From: Hemiscyllium ocellatum
Lineage: Eukaryota
Length of the DNA: 64,000 bases
Reading direction: 5' to 3'
NCBI RefSeq assembly: GCF_020745735.1
Contig: NC_083412.1
Location: forward strand, 58,494,320-58,558,319
The position numbers and the translations under genes are program-made. Position 1 is the stretch's first letter. The number at the start of each line of letters is the position of its first letter. Positions 34,772 to 46,645 of the stretch are shown in pieces. The notes under the pieces are model-generated. The model was not told the origin of the DNA. It ran no database searches and worked only from the letters and a program-made list of their open reading frames with translations.

Positions 34772-36111
34772 TCAGTCAAATGCAGCCTTGACATCAAGGG
34801 CTGTCACTGTCACCTCACCTCGAGAATTCAGTTCTTTTGTCCATGCTTGAACCAAGGCTGTGGTGAGCTTAGGAGCTGAATGGCCCTGATGGAACCCAAA
34901 TTGAGCACTGCTGAGCAGGTTGTTGCTGAGCAGATTGTTGCTTGATAGCACTATTGATGACACCCTCTATCACTTTCCTGATCATCAAGAGTAGGCTGTC
35001 GGAGCAGTAATTGGCTGGATTGGAGTTGTCCTGTTTTTGTGTACAGGACATACCTGGCCAATTTTTCACATTATTGGGTAGAAGCAAGCATTGTAGCTGT
35101 ATTGGAAGAGCTGGCTGGGGGAATGGCAAGTTCTGGAGCACAAGCCTTTAGCAGTATTGCCAGAATGTGTCAAGGCCCATGGCCTTTACAGTTTCAAGTG
35201 CCTCCAACTGTCTCTTGATGTCACATGGAGCGAATCAAATTGGTTGAAGATTGGAATCAGTGATACTGGGGACCATTAGAGGAGGCTAAGATAGATCATC
35301 TACTTGGTGTTTCTGTCAGAATGTTGTCGGCATCTTCTTCACAGTCATGCTGAAGCACACTTCTGGAGTATCAACTGATGGTGTCTAACTTCACACCAAA
35401 TCAGATGGGAGGCTGTTCAGACTGTCCTGGCTATAGGCAAAAACCAGGGGTCATGAAGTACTCATCAGGGACATGTTGTTTGCAGATGATGTGGCGCTGG
35501 CAAAACACTCAGAACAGCAACTGCAATGCCTCATGGCCAGCTTCTTCAGAGCTTGCCAGGACATCAGCTTGACCATCAGCTTGAAGAAGAGCAACATGTT
35601 GGGTCAAGGCATTGACCACTTCCCTGCCATTACCATCAACAACTACAAGCTGGAGACAGTTCATAAACCTTGGCTCCATCATCATGGACAGTCTCTCCCT
35701 TGACTCTGTGATCAACAGACAGATTGAATGAGCAGCCTTAACATTTGTCAGGCTGACAAAGAGAGTCTGGGAGAATAGAAATCTGGCATTGCACGCTAAG
35801 GTTGCAGTCTATAGGGCCCACGTCCTCAGCAATTTGCTTTACGGCAACGAGACCTGGAGCTTCTATTCCAGAGAAGAGTGGCATCTCAACACCTTCCACC
35901 TTTGCAGCCTGAGATGCATCCTGGACATCAGGATGGACTGACTGAGTCACCAACAATGAGGTCCTGGCCTGCGCCCAGATACCCTGCTCCAACTACATCG
36001 TCTCCGCTGGCTGGGCCATGTACACTGCATGGCAGACAGGGGGATCCCGAAAGACCTGCTGTATGGGGCAGTGGCCTCCAGCAAAAGAGCACAAGGGTAG
36101 CCCCATCTTAG

Positions 36112-36326
36112 CTGAAAATGTGTTGCTGGTTAAAGCACAGCAGGTTAGGCAGCATCCAAGGAACAGGAAATTCGACGTTTCGGGCATAAGCCCTTCATCA
36201 GGAATGGTGAAGGGCTTATGCCCGAAACGTCGAATTTCCTATTCCTTGGATGCTGCCTAACCTGCTGTGCTTTAACCAGCAACACATTTTCAGCTGTGAT
36301 CTCCAGCATCTGCAGACCTCATTTTT
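36112..36326. mobile_element. 215-bp palindromic Penelope mini-element (variant A) inside the RTE
   Basis: Perfect 14-bp TSD TAGCCCCATCTTAG (36098-36111, 36327-36340); ~88-bp inverted arms with one mismatch. Confidence 0.92.
36170..36205 (-). ncRNA. Minimal hammerhead ribozyme motif, variant A, intact core and 4-bp stem I
   Basis: Minus strand ATTC-CTGATGA-A-GGGC ttat GCCC-GAAAC-GTC-GAAT. Confidence 0.7.
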
Positions 36327-37110
36327 TAGCCCCATCTTAGTTTCAAAGATGTCTGCAAGGGAGACATTAAGTCACTGAATGTGAACATTGAGAAGCAGGA
36401 GGAAATTGCAAGCGATCGCTCTTGCTGGAGGCTGGAATTACACGGAGGTCTAAAAGAAGAAGTGAAGCTGAGGCTGGCCGCACCTGCCGAAAAAAAACAG
36501 CACCAAGACAACACCGGAGGACTGTCACTGCAGCTGTGACTGCCACTCCCATCTGGGCCTCTACAGCCACAACAGAAGCTGCTCTACCAACAAGGACTGA
36601 AGCAAGATATCCCAGGCACAGATCCATGGTCTCGTGAGACTAATGGAAGCCACTACAGAAAGTTATAGAAAGTTCTCAACTTTGTCTTTTTTTTTAATGA
36701 TTATTGCAGGCTCCACGATTAGCAAGCACTGGGGTATTTGTAGAACCTCGCTCTCCACTAATTTTAAATAAACTCAACTATTTGCACAAATTCCATGAGA
36801 TAGCCTTTGGCCACTAGATCCTCACGTGTTAGACATTTCAGGCAGACAATGAGATTTGAAAGGAGGCCCTGGCGATAAAATAGCCAAGTCGATACAGTCA
36901 GTGGGTGCTGGTAGAATGGGCCAGGGGTTGGGTGGTTATTCATGTGTGTGGTTTGGTGCTCAGTCTTGCCCTACTCTTCTGATGAAACCCCTTCTTCCCA
37001 GTTGTACTTCAACCTCAAAAATTACTGCCAGTTAACTTCTAACCTGCTCTGTGCAAACCCATACAAGTAGCAGTCCTAGGCTCATTATCACATTTCACCT
37101 TCGACTTAAA

Positions 37111-37208
37111 GTTAAAAGTCACACAACATCAGGTTATGTTGTGCGTTGTTGTGTTGTGTGATTTTTAACTTTGTACACCCCAGTCCAACACCGTCATCTC
37201 TAAATCAT
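37111..37208. mobile_element. ~100-bp palindromic variant-B tail element lacking the hammerhead
   Basis: gttaaaagtcacacaac...gttgtgtgatttttaac inverted arms; degenerate 12-bp TSD cttcgacttaaa / cttagacttgaa. Confidence 0.65.
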
Positions 37209-38323
37209 CTTAGACTTGAAATTGTTTAAAATAAATATTTTATGCCGTAAATTGTGACCTTGAATGCAATCTCTGACAAGCCAGTTAAAACAGATTCAAT
37301 CACAGCTTTCGAAAGGGGATTGGAGCTGTCAGAGTTGGGCTATGGAGAAAGGTGGAGGAATGGTACAAATTGGTTACCTCCTTGAATGAACTGACACAGC
37401 ATTGAAAGGCTCAATGACCTTCTTCTGTAGCATTGTGTGGTTTGCTCTCAGGTCTGGCACAGACTGACTGGAATTCGCATGAAATCTGCTGAAATATTAT
37501 CAACAATAAAAGCCATTAGAAAGAACTCATTTCCCTGTCTGACCGCACAGGGAGAAGATTTGGGAAGGACTTCACTTTTTCTCCCCACAAAGGCTGAATG
37601 AAACCACATTTTAAGATGCGTGAGGAAAATCCACAGGCTTCCAAGGAATAACCAAATGAAGTGTAATTTTGTGATGATTTATATTTAGCTGCATGCTGAT
37701 TGGCACTGTTCTCAAGGTATGAATCCAGAAAGTTCACAAAAACTACACACAATTTCATTGTGACTGGAACTCCATAATTGAGAGTTACTGTATTAAGAAA
37801 GACTTGACGCTAATAATTAAATGATCAAATTCATGTCATCTCTTTAGTTCAGTTACAAACCTGTGACAAACCCTGCCACTGCAATGCAATGTCAAACCAG
37901 TACCTCTTCTGATATTATTAAATGCAACATTTCAGAAGCTTGCCTGTATCTAAATCTGATATTTCATCAACCATAATTAATAGAAAGAATGAACCTTTAT
38001 TTTCATGATGCCTTCAATGTATTCAAGCGAATAAAATGCTTTTGAAATATCACTGTTGGTGAAATGTAGGAAAAATCAATTATTTTGTTACCAAGATTAT
38101 TCTAAATTAATACCAATAATACATGATTGATTACTGAGTTCCACATGCTGTGGAAGTATTTTTCAACTGAACTATTTGTGTATCATTGTGTTTATCTTGA
38201 GTATTCAGGGATCTACAGAGTTCACTGTGACCAGATCTACGTAATAACTTCCCTGATGAGTTTGTCGATGATAAGGAAGCGGTGTTAGAATGCTTCTATC
38301 AACACAATGTAATGAGCCAGACA

Positions 38324-38511
38324 TATTTAAAAAAGGAACTGCAGATGCTGGAAATCTAAAACATAGACAGGAATTACTGGAGAAACTCAGCAGGTCTGGC
38401 AGCATGTGTGGAGAAAAAAATAGAGTTAATGTCAGTGGTCCCGAAACATTAACTCTGCTTTTGCCCAAGATGCTGCCAGGACTGTTGATTTTATTCAACA
38501 ATTTCTGTTTT
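38324..38511. mobile_element. Palindromic Penelope mini-element (variant C)
   Basis: Arms around gagttaatgtc...gaaacattaactc; 16-bp TSD tgtaatgagccagaca / tgtaattagccagata (38308-38323, 38512-38527). Confidence 0.8.
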
Positions 38512-38829
38512 TGTAATTAGCCAGATAACTGCCTTCTCATATTTCTTAACAATATCAACTGTGGGAAATAGAATGAGTTAATAATCCAATGCAATCTTAG
38601 ACAGAAATTAGACTAGTGCTTCCTGATTTTGTTTTCCCACAGTGACCTTGTTTGAATGTTTGAAAGTTGATTTGGCCCAGAGTCAGAGTGGGGTTACAGT
38701 TAACAAGTTGTTGCAGTGGTCAGGACTCAAGGGGAGGGGGTGGGTGAGGTTGATGAAAGAGTTGTCGGGGTGGGTTGATCTTGGGAGGAGAGTTACCAAG
38801 GCATGCGAGGAGATAGGCTGCTATTGTCT

Positions 38830-39190
38830 TAGAACATAAAACATAGATCATTGCAGCGCAGTACAGGCTCTTTGGCTCTCGATGTTGCGTCAACCTGTGG
38901 AACTAATCTGAAGCCCATCTAACCCACACTATTCCATTTTCATTCATCTGTTTATCCAATGACCATTTACTGTGAATACCCTTAAAGTTGACGAGTCAAC
39001 AATTGTTGCAGGCAGGGCGTTCCCAGCCCCTACTACTCTCTGAGCAAAGGAACTACCTCTGACATCTGTCCTATATTATCACCCTCAATTTAAAGCTTTG
39101 TCCCCTCATGTTAGCCATCACCATCCAAGGAAAAGGGCTCTCACTATCCACCCTATCTAACACTCTCATTATTTTATATGTCTCAATTAA
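38830..39190 (-). mobile_element. HER1-like CR1 3' end
   Basis: Same tail and 3' UTR as 14190-14560. Confidence 0.85.
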
Positions 39191-39200
39191 CTGGTTTTTA

Positions 39201-39518
39201 GGGGGCAGCATGGGGCTCAGTGGTTAGTACTGCTGCCTCACAGTGCCAGGGTCCCAAGTTCGATTCCAGCCTTGGACGACTGTCTGTGTGGAGGTTGCAC
39301 ATTCTCCCTGTGTCTGCGTGGGTTTCCTCCGGATGCTCCGGTTTCCTCCCACATTCCGAAGACATGCAGGTCAGGTGAATTGACCATGCTAAATTGCCCA
39401 TAATGTTAGGTGCATTAGTAAGAGGGAAATGGGTCTGAGTGGGGTACTCTTTGGAGGGTCAGTGTGGACTTGTTGGTCTGAAGGACCTGTTTCCACATTG
39501 TAGGGAATCTAATCTAAT
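39201..39518 (+). mobile_element. HE1-type SINE, full length
   Basis: GGGGCTCAGTGG A box, GTTCGATTCC B box and ...TTCCACATTGTAGGGAATCTAATCTAAT tail. Confidence 0.9.
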
Positions 39519-40107
39519 AAGTCACTTCTCACCAATCATTCTTTTGAGCTTTAATGGGACTACAGATACTACTGATTTAGGACACCATCCAAATAAGCAT
39601 AGTCATGAAAAACAGGGCTTCAAACCTCAAACCAAGACTGTCCCAGAAGAACATTCACACTACAGTCACCATTGTTACCTTGGAATTTATGACCCCAATT
39701 GCTCAGCCAAGGGCTCCACTAGGAGTTATAACTCATTCGCTGGGCATTTCGAGTCAAAACTTGTCTCAGCAAATATTGCATATTCCAATGAATATTGACA
39801 AAACCAACTCAATAAAGGCAGTACATTCATTGTGCATAAAATAGTGAAAATATGAAATGGGATTTTGCTGAGGTGCTTTGCTGAAGTAGTCAAAATAGCA
39901 TTTTTTTAGTGGTTTTTATTTCTGAGTCTTTACATTGCATCTCAATTCTAATTCCTGTTTTGAGAATCTTCAGACATTTCTTGTTACAAACCTTCCCAAG
40001 TTCTGTAAAACTAGCCTGCCCATAAAGCTTCTGCAAACCAAACAAGATTATTGCAAGACCGGTCATTGGAAACAGTGGTAACAAAGCGCAATTCCGAACG
40101 ACTCAAC

Positions 40108-40159
40108 ATGCTTCAACTTGCTTGGATCCTTCAGTGTGGAGTTTTTACACTGCTCTGGG
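40108..40159 (+). CDS. IGSF3: Signal-peptide exon of an EWI-family (IGSF3-like) Ig-superfamily gene
   Basis: tcaacATG start; MLQLAWILQCGVFTLLW + G, phase-1 donor G|GTAGGT. It splices in frame to 42296, giving MLQLAWILQCGVFTLLWDPCIA-RRQVNVQG. Inferred without transcript data; paralogue assignment is provisional. Confidence 0.7.
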
Positions 40160-40479
40160 GTAGGTGGATTCTCATTTGCTCATCTGCCTTTATTAATATT
40201 TTGGCAACCATTTCCACTGTAATTCGATGGGTGTAAATAAATAGATTCGAATGAGCTCACTCCAGATATCATTAACCTGTAATTCTATTTTGAATATCAT
40301 GTTACATCATTTTGCAATTCAGGGAATAAAATACACATACCAAACAAATAGTTCAAAAGAAGTCAGTTTTTTTTCTAGGAACAAACATGAAAGAAGTTAC
40401 AGCACAAAGGAAATGTCAGCTTTGTGACCAATCAGAGAGTGATTGTTTGTTCAGTGTGTCTCAGAGGTGCTCCCTGAAA

Positions 40480-41082
40480 CACTCTGCAAGTTGGCATTTT
40501 GTCTGCCCGACATCGGAGTTTCTGGGAACATCTCTGTGACACGCGCACCAAATAACCCCACCGCAGTGTGGCCAACCACTTCAACTCCCCCTGTCACTCC
40601 CCGAGGGACATGCAAGTTCTGAGCCTCCTCCACTCCCAAATCCAAGCCATCTGAGGGCTGAAGGAAGAATGTCTCATCTTCCGCCTTGGGGTCCTTCAAC
40701 CATACGCTATCAACGTTAACATCACCAGTTTCCAAGTTTCCCCACTCCCAACCCCTCTCTCACCTCATACCTGATTCAACCCTCCAACTTGGCACCACCC
40801 TCTGGACCTGTCCTATCTGTCCATCTTCCTTCCCATCTATTTGCTCCACCCTCCTCACTGACCCATCAGTATTACCCCACCTGCATCCACCTATTGCTGC
40901 CCCAGCCCCACCGCCCTCGCATTTATCTCTCATCCCCTAGCCCCCTCCACATTCCTGATGAAGGGCTTATGCCCAAATGTCGACTCTCCTGCTCCTTGGA
41001 TGCTTGCCTGACCTGCCGTTATTTTCCAACACCACACTTTTCGACTCTGACTCTCCATCATCTGCAGTCCCCACTTTCTCCT
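40480..41082 (+). mobile_element. Penelope-like 3' fragment (GIY-YIG C-terminus + terminal repeat with decayed hammerhead) in intron 1
   Basis: FWEHLCDTRTK..SVANHFNSP..HS..DMQVL; attcCTGATGAAGGGCTTATGCCCaaatgtc at 40951-40983. Confidence 0.85.
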
Positions 41083-42295
41083 AACAGAACTCAATGTTGA
41101 GTCCTGAAGGCTGTAAAATGCCTAATTGAAAAATGAGGTGCTGTTCCTGCAGCTTTCATTGAGCAAGTTAGTTTATTGAAACAGCAAGCAACTGGAATGT
41201 TGGGTCATTCTAATGGACAGAGTGGAGGTTTTCTGTAAAGCAGCCACCCAATCTGCGTTTTGTGTTAAAGGAGTTTGTATTAAATGTAAAAGGAGTAAAC
41301 CCTGTCTTTTTTAAGTAACATTCAAATAAAATAAGACCCACATAGTTCACAAACTCATTTATTTTTACATGATGTGTATGAATGAATAGATCATAATGTT
41401 CAATTAGGTTTAACAATTTCTGTGTTTCTTCTTATAAGGACAAATTAGTAACTGTACCGTTGATCTTCCTGTCACCCAGCTTCAGGTTGTAGAATGAGGG
41501 AAATTTAACAGCCAAAGATCTTCTTATCGCTATCCTCTTATTTCTAACTCCTGATCTTCTAACATTTTTGGGGTGACAACTCACCAATCAAGCTATCAAC
41601 TCTGACTGACTTCTTTACCTTGATCCTTTTTGCTTTTAAAATAAAACAACATGTAGTGAACACTTTTTGAAACTGTACATAGTTACTACAGTAGCACTGT
41701 GTATTTATTGGCATGAAGTTTTGGCTGGGCTGAAGAAAGTGGGAGTTTGAGATTCCTGATGTATTTTCCTTACTGTGCTAGCCTTTCCACCCTTTCACAG
41801 GGACAGTTTGGTTTTGAGACAGTGAGATATGCCATAATGCTTTCCCAGTTAAAGACAGCTGCTGACCATATCATTGCTTTTTGACTTTTATATCGCCTTT
41901 ACATTATTTTCACTTTAGTTCTCATCAAACTTGACCTGTTTGCACATATTTCCCTACGCTGGTCTTCAGACAATCATTTGGACTAATGTAATGTGATTTT
42001 TAAATTGATTTGAATTCCTTTCTTATATGGCTCACTTAAAATTATTTGCAACCTATTCCACACAGTGTGGCGATGATGTGAAATCTTATTTATGGATACT
42101 GTGAGTATAACAGGATGCATCATATCAAAGAACAGTGAATTAGTACCCCAAGCTACCATGTTTGTTTCATAAGCAACCTAATGCTGCTCACTCAATGGAA
42201 TTGAGTTTTCTGCAACTTATTTTTTCATCTTTACTCGGCATGTATCATTCAGGAAAAGGTTGGTGTGTAATGAAGTGTTTGTCCATATTTTGCAG

Positions 42296-42673
42296 ATCCA
42301 TGCATTGCTCGGAGACAGGTGAATGTACAAGGAGATTTACTCATCCGGGCTGAAGGACGCCACATAACTATCCAATGTAATGTGAGTGGGTACCAGGGGT
42401 CACCACAGCAGAACTTTGAGTGGTCCCTCTTTCGTTCAGATAAGCCTACACTGAAAATCCAGATTATCAGCACGAATGATCCTATGTTCTCTTATGCTGT
42501 GTTTGGAGGAAGAGTGCAGAAGAATGAGATCTACATCAAGAGGCTGAAAGGAGACTCTGTGCTGTTACACATTACAAAGCTGCAGAAAAGTGATGAAGGG
42601 ACATATGAGTGTGCCACTCCGAGCACAGACAACGTATACTGGGGGACCTACAGTGCTAGGACAAATTTGACAG
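42296..42673 (+). CDS. IGSF3: First Ig V-set domain exon of an EWI-family gene (IGSF3/CD101/IGSF8 group; closest to IGSF3 from memory)
   Basis: ttttgcag| acceptor; 378-nt phase 1-1 exon: RQVNVQGDLLIRAEGRHITIQCNVSGYQG..QNFEWS...SYAVF..RV...LLHITKLQKSDEGTYECATPSTD..YWGTYSA. About half identical to human IGSF3 D1 as recalled. No further Ig exon was seen in the window. Confidence 0.9.
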
Positions 42674-44013
42674 GCAAGTACATTTCTTCAGTATAGCTAT
42701 TTTGTGCTTCTTACATACATTCAAATTCCCTCAAACATCATCGGTCCATATGATAACCTAAAATTCACTGATATATATTGCAATCACTGCCTATTACACC
42801 AATCAACATAATAACAAAATGAAAAAAATCATTTACTTAAGTGACATATGAAGACATAATGACAAAAGGTGGGTTAAAAATCAATTCATTACCTTGTTAT
42901 CGTGCAGATTTAGAACTAAAAGTGCTTCCATGTCATACAGGAAGCAGCACAGAATCACCATGATGGTAAAGTCACCACAGACTACCGAACCATAGGACTG
43001 CTCTCTTACAGAGACAGACAGAGAGAGAGACTGACAGATCCACACCTGCTTGTGATTTATCCCGAGGGTCACAACATCTCAGGTGAGAGGGCAAAGTGAA
43101 CGCAATTTGTGGCACCCTCCCAGGCAATGAATGATGTAAGTATTGCCAGGAAAATGGGCTAAATTGTGTGAGACTAGCACTCAGGGGCTTCTCAACATCA
43201 AGACCAAAAAGCCCCATTTTCCAACCTATTGTTGAATGGCGAGATGACAGTTTCCCTCGTGAGCAGTGTGAAGCTTATTTGTGTCCATTATCATACGCCA
43301 ATTTCCCTCTATTTGTTAATTTCATTTATATGCAGTTTCCTATTCTACCATCCACTTAATAGAAATTAGATTAGAAATTCCCAACTTGAAAGTCAGACTC
43401 TAGGTCACCACTGGCATGTTGCCTACCGAAACCATATAGCTTCAATCCCACACTGACACCAAGTGCCAGCAGTTTGTGCTGCAAACACACTGCATGTCGG
43501 GTGGGGGTGAAGACGGTGTAGTTGTATGTGGTTCCTGTTCTGGCTGAACATCCACTGGCACCACCCTGTCTCCTTGTGAGGAAGAGGCACCTGGAGGGAA
43601 ATGAAGATCCCTCATTCCCCTGTCTGGGGGAGGCTGACAGCACCTGACCTGGTGTGAACTGTGTTGTAAATTTGTGCAGGTGCCAGAAAGCCCAAGCGGT
43701 CCTGCACTAGCAAGAGCTTGTGCCTGCGGTGACTGGGAGTAATGAGCAGGCTGCCACATCGGAATGGTGCATAGGTAGTGAGGCAGGATTTGGAAGATAA
43801 GGGCCTCAAGGAGAGAAACCCACCATGAACCTCACCAAAATTGACTTTACTGACACCCACTAAAATTCAGCCTGTAGTGTGTAATTTTATTTGATAAACA
43901 ATGTTTAATGAAAAGCATGGAGAAAGTGAGGACTGCAGATGCTGGAGATCAGAGCTGAAAATGTGTTGCTGGAAAAGCGCAGCAGGTCAGGCAGCATCCA
44001 AAGAGCAGGAGAA

Positions 44014-44045
44014 TCGACGTTTCGGGCATGAGCCCTTCTTCAGGT
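44014..44045 (-). ncRNA. Minimal hammerhead ribozyme motif, variant A
   Basis: Minus strand CTGAAGA-A-GGGC tcat GCCC-GAAAC-GTC. Confidence 0.62.
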
Positions 44046-44077
44046 TTCTGAAGAAGGGCTCATGCCCGAAACGTCGA
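44046..44077 (+). ncRNA. Minimal hammerhead ribozyme motif, variant A
   Basis: CTGAAGA(44048-54)-A-GGGC tcat GCCC-GAAAC-GTC(44073-75). Confidence 0.62.
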
Positions 44078-44772
44078 TTCTCCTGCTCTTTGGATGCTGC
44101 CTGACCTGCTGTGCTTTTCCAGCAACACATTTTCAGCAGTTAATGAAAAGCAAATCTACACTGATTCTTAAAAAAGATAATGAACCGCAATTCTGGTGTA
44201 GCAACATGCAGCCCCTATGGTAAGTCCAAAGTTCATTTGTGTCAAAGAAGAAGCAGCGATTGTGGATTATTAAAACAACAGTCTTGGCTAATCTTCCACC
44301 TCGACCTCACCTTCATGCCTCAGCCCCACCGCCCTTGATTCCCTGTTACTACCCAAAATCTGTCAAACTTTGTCTCTGAATATACACAAAGACAAAGCAC
44401 CACAGTACTCCATGGTAGACAATTCTAAAGGCTATCATTCCTCTGACTGAATCTGAATTTTTGAGTGTGAGGCAGTACACTTCTGTATCAGAATCTATAA
44501 GAATGGCCAGCTTAGCACTGAGATGTGCAGACTGCTAGCTCGGTACCTTTCCCATGTGATTTTTTTTCAAAAGTTAATTCTTCTTAAGGAGTTGATCGCC
44601 TCCTTTAGCAACGGTTCACTTCCCAAGACAGTTTCTACAATGTCAAACAAAGAATTTAGTTTTCTTTCTCAAGGTTTTCTGCTTCCTCTGTAATGTCCTG
44701 ATGTGTGGAATATATCAGCATGATAATATTATGCTGCGATCTTCAAGCTCTGAATGTTTTTGTACCAATTGT

Positions 44773-45088
44773 GATTAGATTACTTACCACGTGGAAACAG
44801 GCCCTTCAGCCCAACAAGTCCACACCGACCCTCCGAAGCGCAACCCACCCAGACCCATTTCCCTACGTTTACCCCTTCACCTAACACTACGGACAATTTA
44901 GCATGGCCAATTCACCTGACCGGCACATCTTTGTGATTGTGGGAGGAAACCGGAGCACCCGGAGGAAACCCATGCAGACACGGGGAGAATGTGCAAACTC
45001 CACACAGACAGTTCGAGGTGGGAATTGAACCCATTTCCCTGGTATTGTGAGGCTGCGCTGCTAACCACTGAGCCAACATGCCACCCCA
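44773..45088 (-). mobile_element. HE1-type SINE
   Basis: Reverse complement of the HE1 head, body and tail. Confidence 0.88.
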
Positions 45089-45589
45089 AAGTTGTGTAAG
45101 TACAATAGCTGCTGCTTGACAGGACTTTTAGAAATCTGCTGTAGCCCTTCGTTTCTCTAAGGATTGATTGCGTTGTTTAACTACCAACAGCTGGGCTTTC
45201 AGTGTAGCAGGCTCTTGAAAGTGGTCGAACCACTCCAATTATTGGTCTCTTTTGAGGTACTTCAAGCATTGCTATAAGTTCAGAAGCATCAAGGTGGCAT
45301 GATCTAGTTTTGAATTTAAAATCTGCATTTCTCGAGATGGCTTGTAAATATCGAACTTCATCTTAATGTACCTTTTCTGAGGTTTGAAGCTTTTCCCCTA
45401 ATATGTCCAGTCCCTTTTTACTTGATTGTAAAGATGCATTATAGAGTCAGAGAGGTCTAGGCAACAGGAAACAGCCCTTTGGCACATAGCGACTGTGCCA
45501 ATCAACAAACAAGTGCCTGACTATTCTAATCCAAATTTCCAGCACTTGGTCCATAGTCTTGTATGCCTTGTATCTAAATTGAGGATTGG

Positions 45590-46645
45590 CTGTCTGACAG
45601 AAGGCAGAGAGTTGGGATAAAAGGTTCTTTTCTGGAATGGCAGCTGGTGACAAGTGGTGTCCCGCAGGGTTCAGGGTTGGGGCCGCAGCTGTTCACTTTA
45701 TATAATAACGATCTGGATGAAGGGACTGGGGGCATTCTGGTGAAGTTTGCCAATGATACAAAGTTAGGCAGATGGGCAGGTAGTACTGAGGAGGTGAGGA
45801 GGCTGCAGAAAGGTTTAGACAGTTCAGGAGAATGGTCCAGAAAATGGCTGATGAAATTCAATGAAAGCAAATGCGAGGTCTTTCACTTTGGTAAAAAAAA
45901 GAATACAGGCATGGACTATTTTCTAAACGGTGAGAAAATTCATAAAGCCAAAATGCAAAGGTATCTGGGAGTGCTAGTCCAGAATTCTCTCAAGGTTGAC
46001 TTGCAGCTTGAGTCCGTGGTTAAGAAAGCAAATATAATGTCATTTATCTCATGTCGGTTGGAAAGTAAAAGCAGCAATGTGCTACTGAGACTTTATGAAT
46101 CTCTTGTTAAGCCCCATTTAGAATACTGTGTCCAGTTTTGGGCCCCACACCTCAGGAGGGACATATGGCACTGGAGCTTGTTAAGCGGAGATTCACACGG
46201 ATGATCCCTGGAATGGTAGGCCTAATAGACAATTAACAGCTGAGGATCCTGAGATTGTACTCATTAGAGTTTAGAAGGTTGAGGGGAGATCTAATAGAAA
46301 CTTACAAGATAATGCATGGCTTGGAAAGGGTGGATGCTGGGAACTTATATCCGTCAGGCAGGGATACTAGGATCTCTGGGCATAGCCTTAGAATTAGAGG
46401 GGGTCAATTTAGAACAGAAATTATGAAACATTTCTTCAGCCAGAGAGTGGTGGGCCTGTGGCCACAGAGTACAGTGGAGGCTGGGACAGTAAATGTCTTC
46501 AAGGCAGAGATTGATAAATTCTTAATCTTGCAAGGTATTATGGGCTACGGGAAGAGTGCGGGTAAGTGGCGTTGAAATGCCCATCAGCCATGATTAAATG
46601 GCAGAGTGGACTTGATGGGCTGATTGGCCTTAGTTCCACTCCTAT
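45590..46645 (+). mobile_element. CR1-clade LINE 3' half (subfamily distinct from HER1)
   Basis: [43 protein letters not shown] and LRGDLIETYKI. Confidence 0.92.

Larger units (their letters stand above)
33470..35320 (-). mobile_element. Degenerate LINE ORF2 3' half (RT clade distinct from HER1; clade not assigned)
   Basis: SNPANY, AQFGFHQGHSA, ALDVKAAFD, GVSQGSVL and IYKIQVRSAVEYFPLAWM. Confidence 0.85.
35330..36640 (+). mobile_element. RTE-clade LINE 3' fragment
   Basis: MLFADDVAL, LTISLKKS, VYRAHVLSNLLYGNETW and FKDVCKGDIKSLN. Confidence 0.88.
43918..44139. mobile_element. 222-bp palindromic Penelope mini-element (variant A) with two intact hammerhead cores
   Basis: Perfect 13-bp TSD TTAATGAAAAGCA (43905-43917, 44140-44152); ~90-bp arms with one mismatch. 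Confidence 0.92.

Noticed and set aside
39201-39275. tRNA-like sequence at SINE heads
   Set aside because: No complete cloverleaf or anticodon arm, and it continues into the HE1 body; not a tRNA gene.
42195-42237. Alternative leader exon MELSFLQLIFSSLL-G
   Set aside because: It would need a weak GC donor and a 58-nt intron; 40108-40159 has a GT donor and a better context.
43360-43860. GC-richer repeat-like tracts (also 63250-64000 and 4780-5130)
   Set aside because: They look like old interspersed repeats, but no family motif could be identified with confidence.
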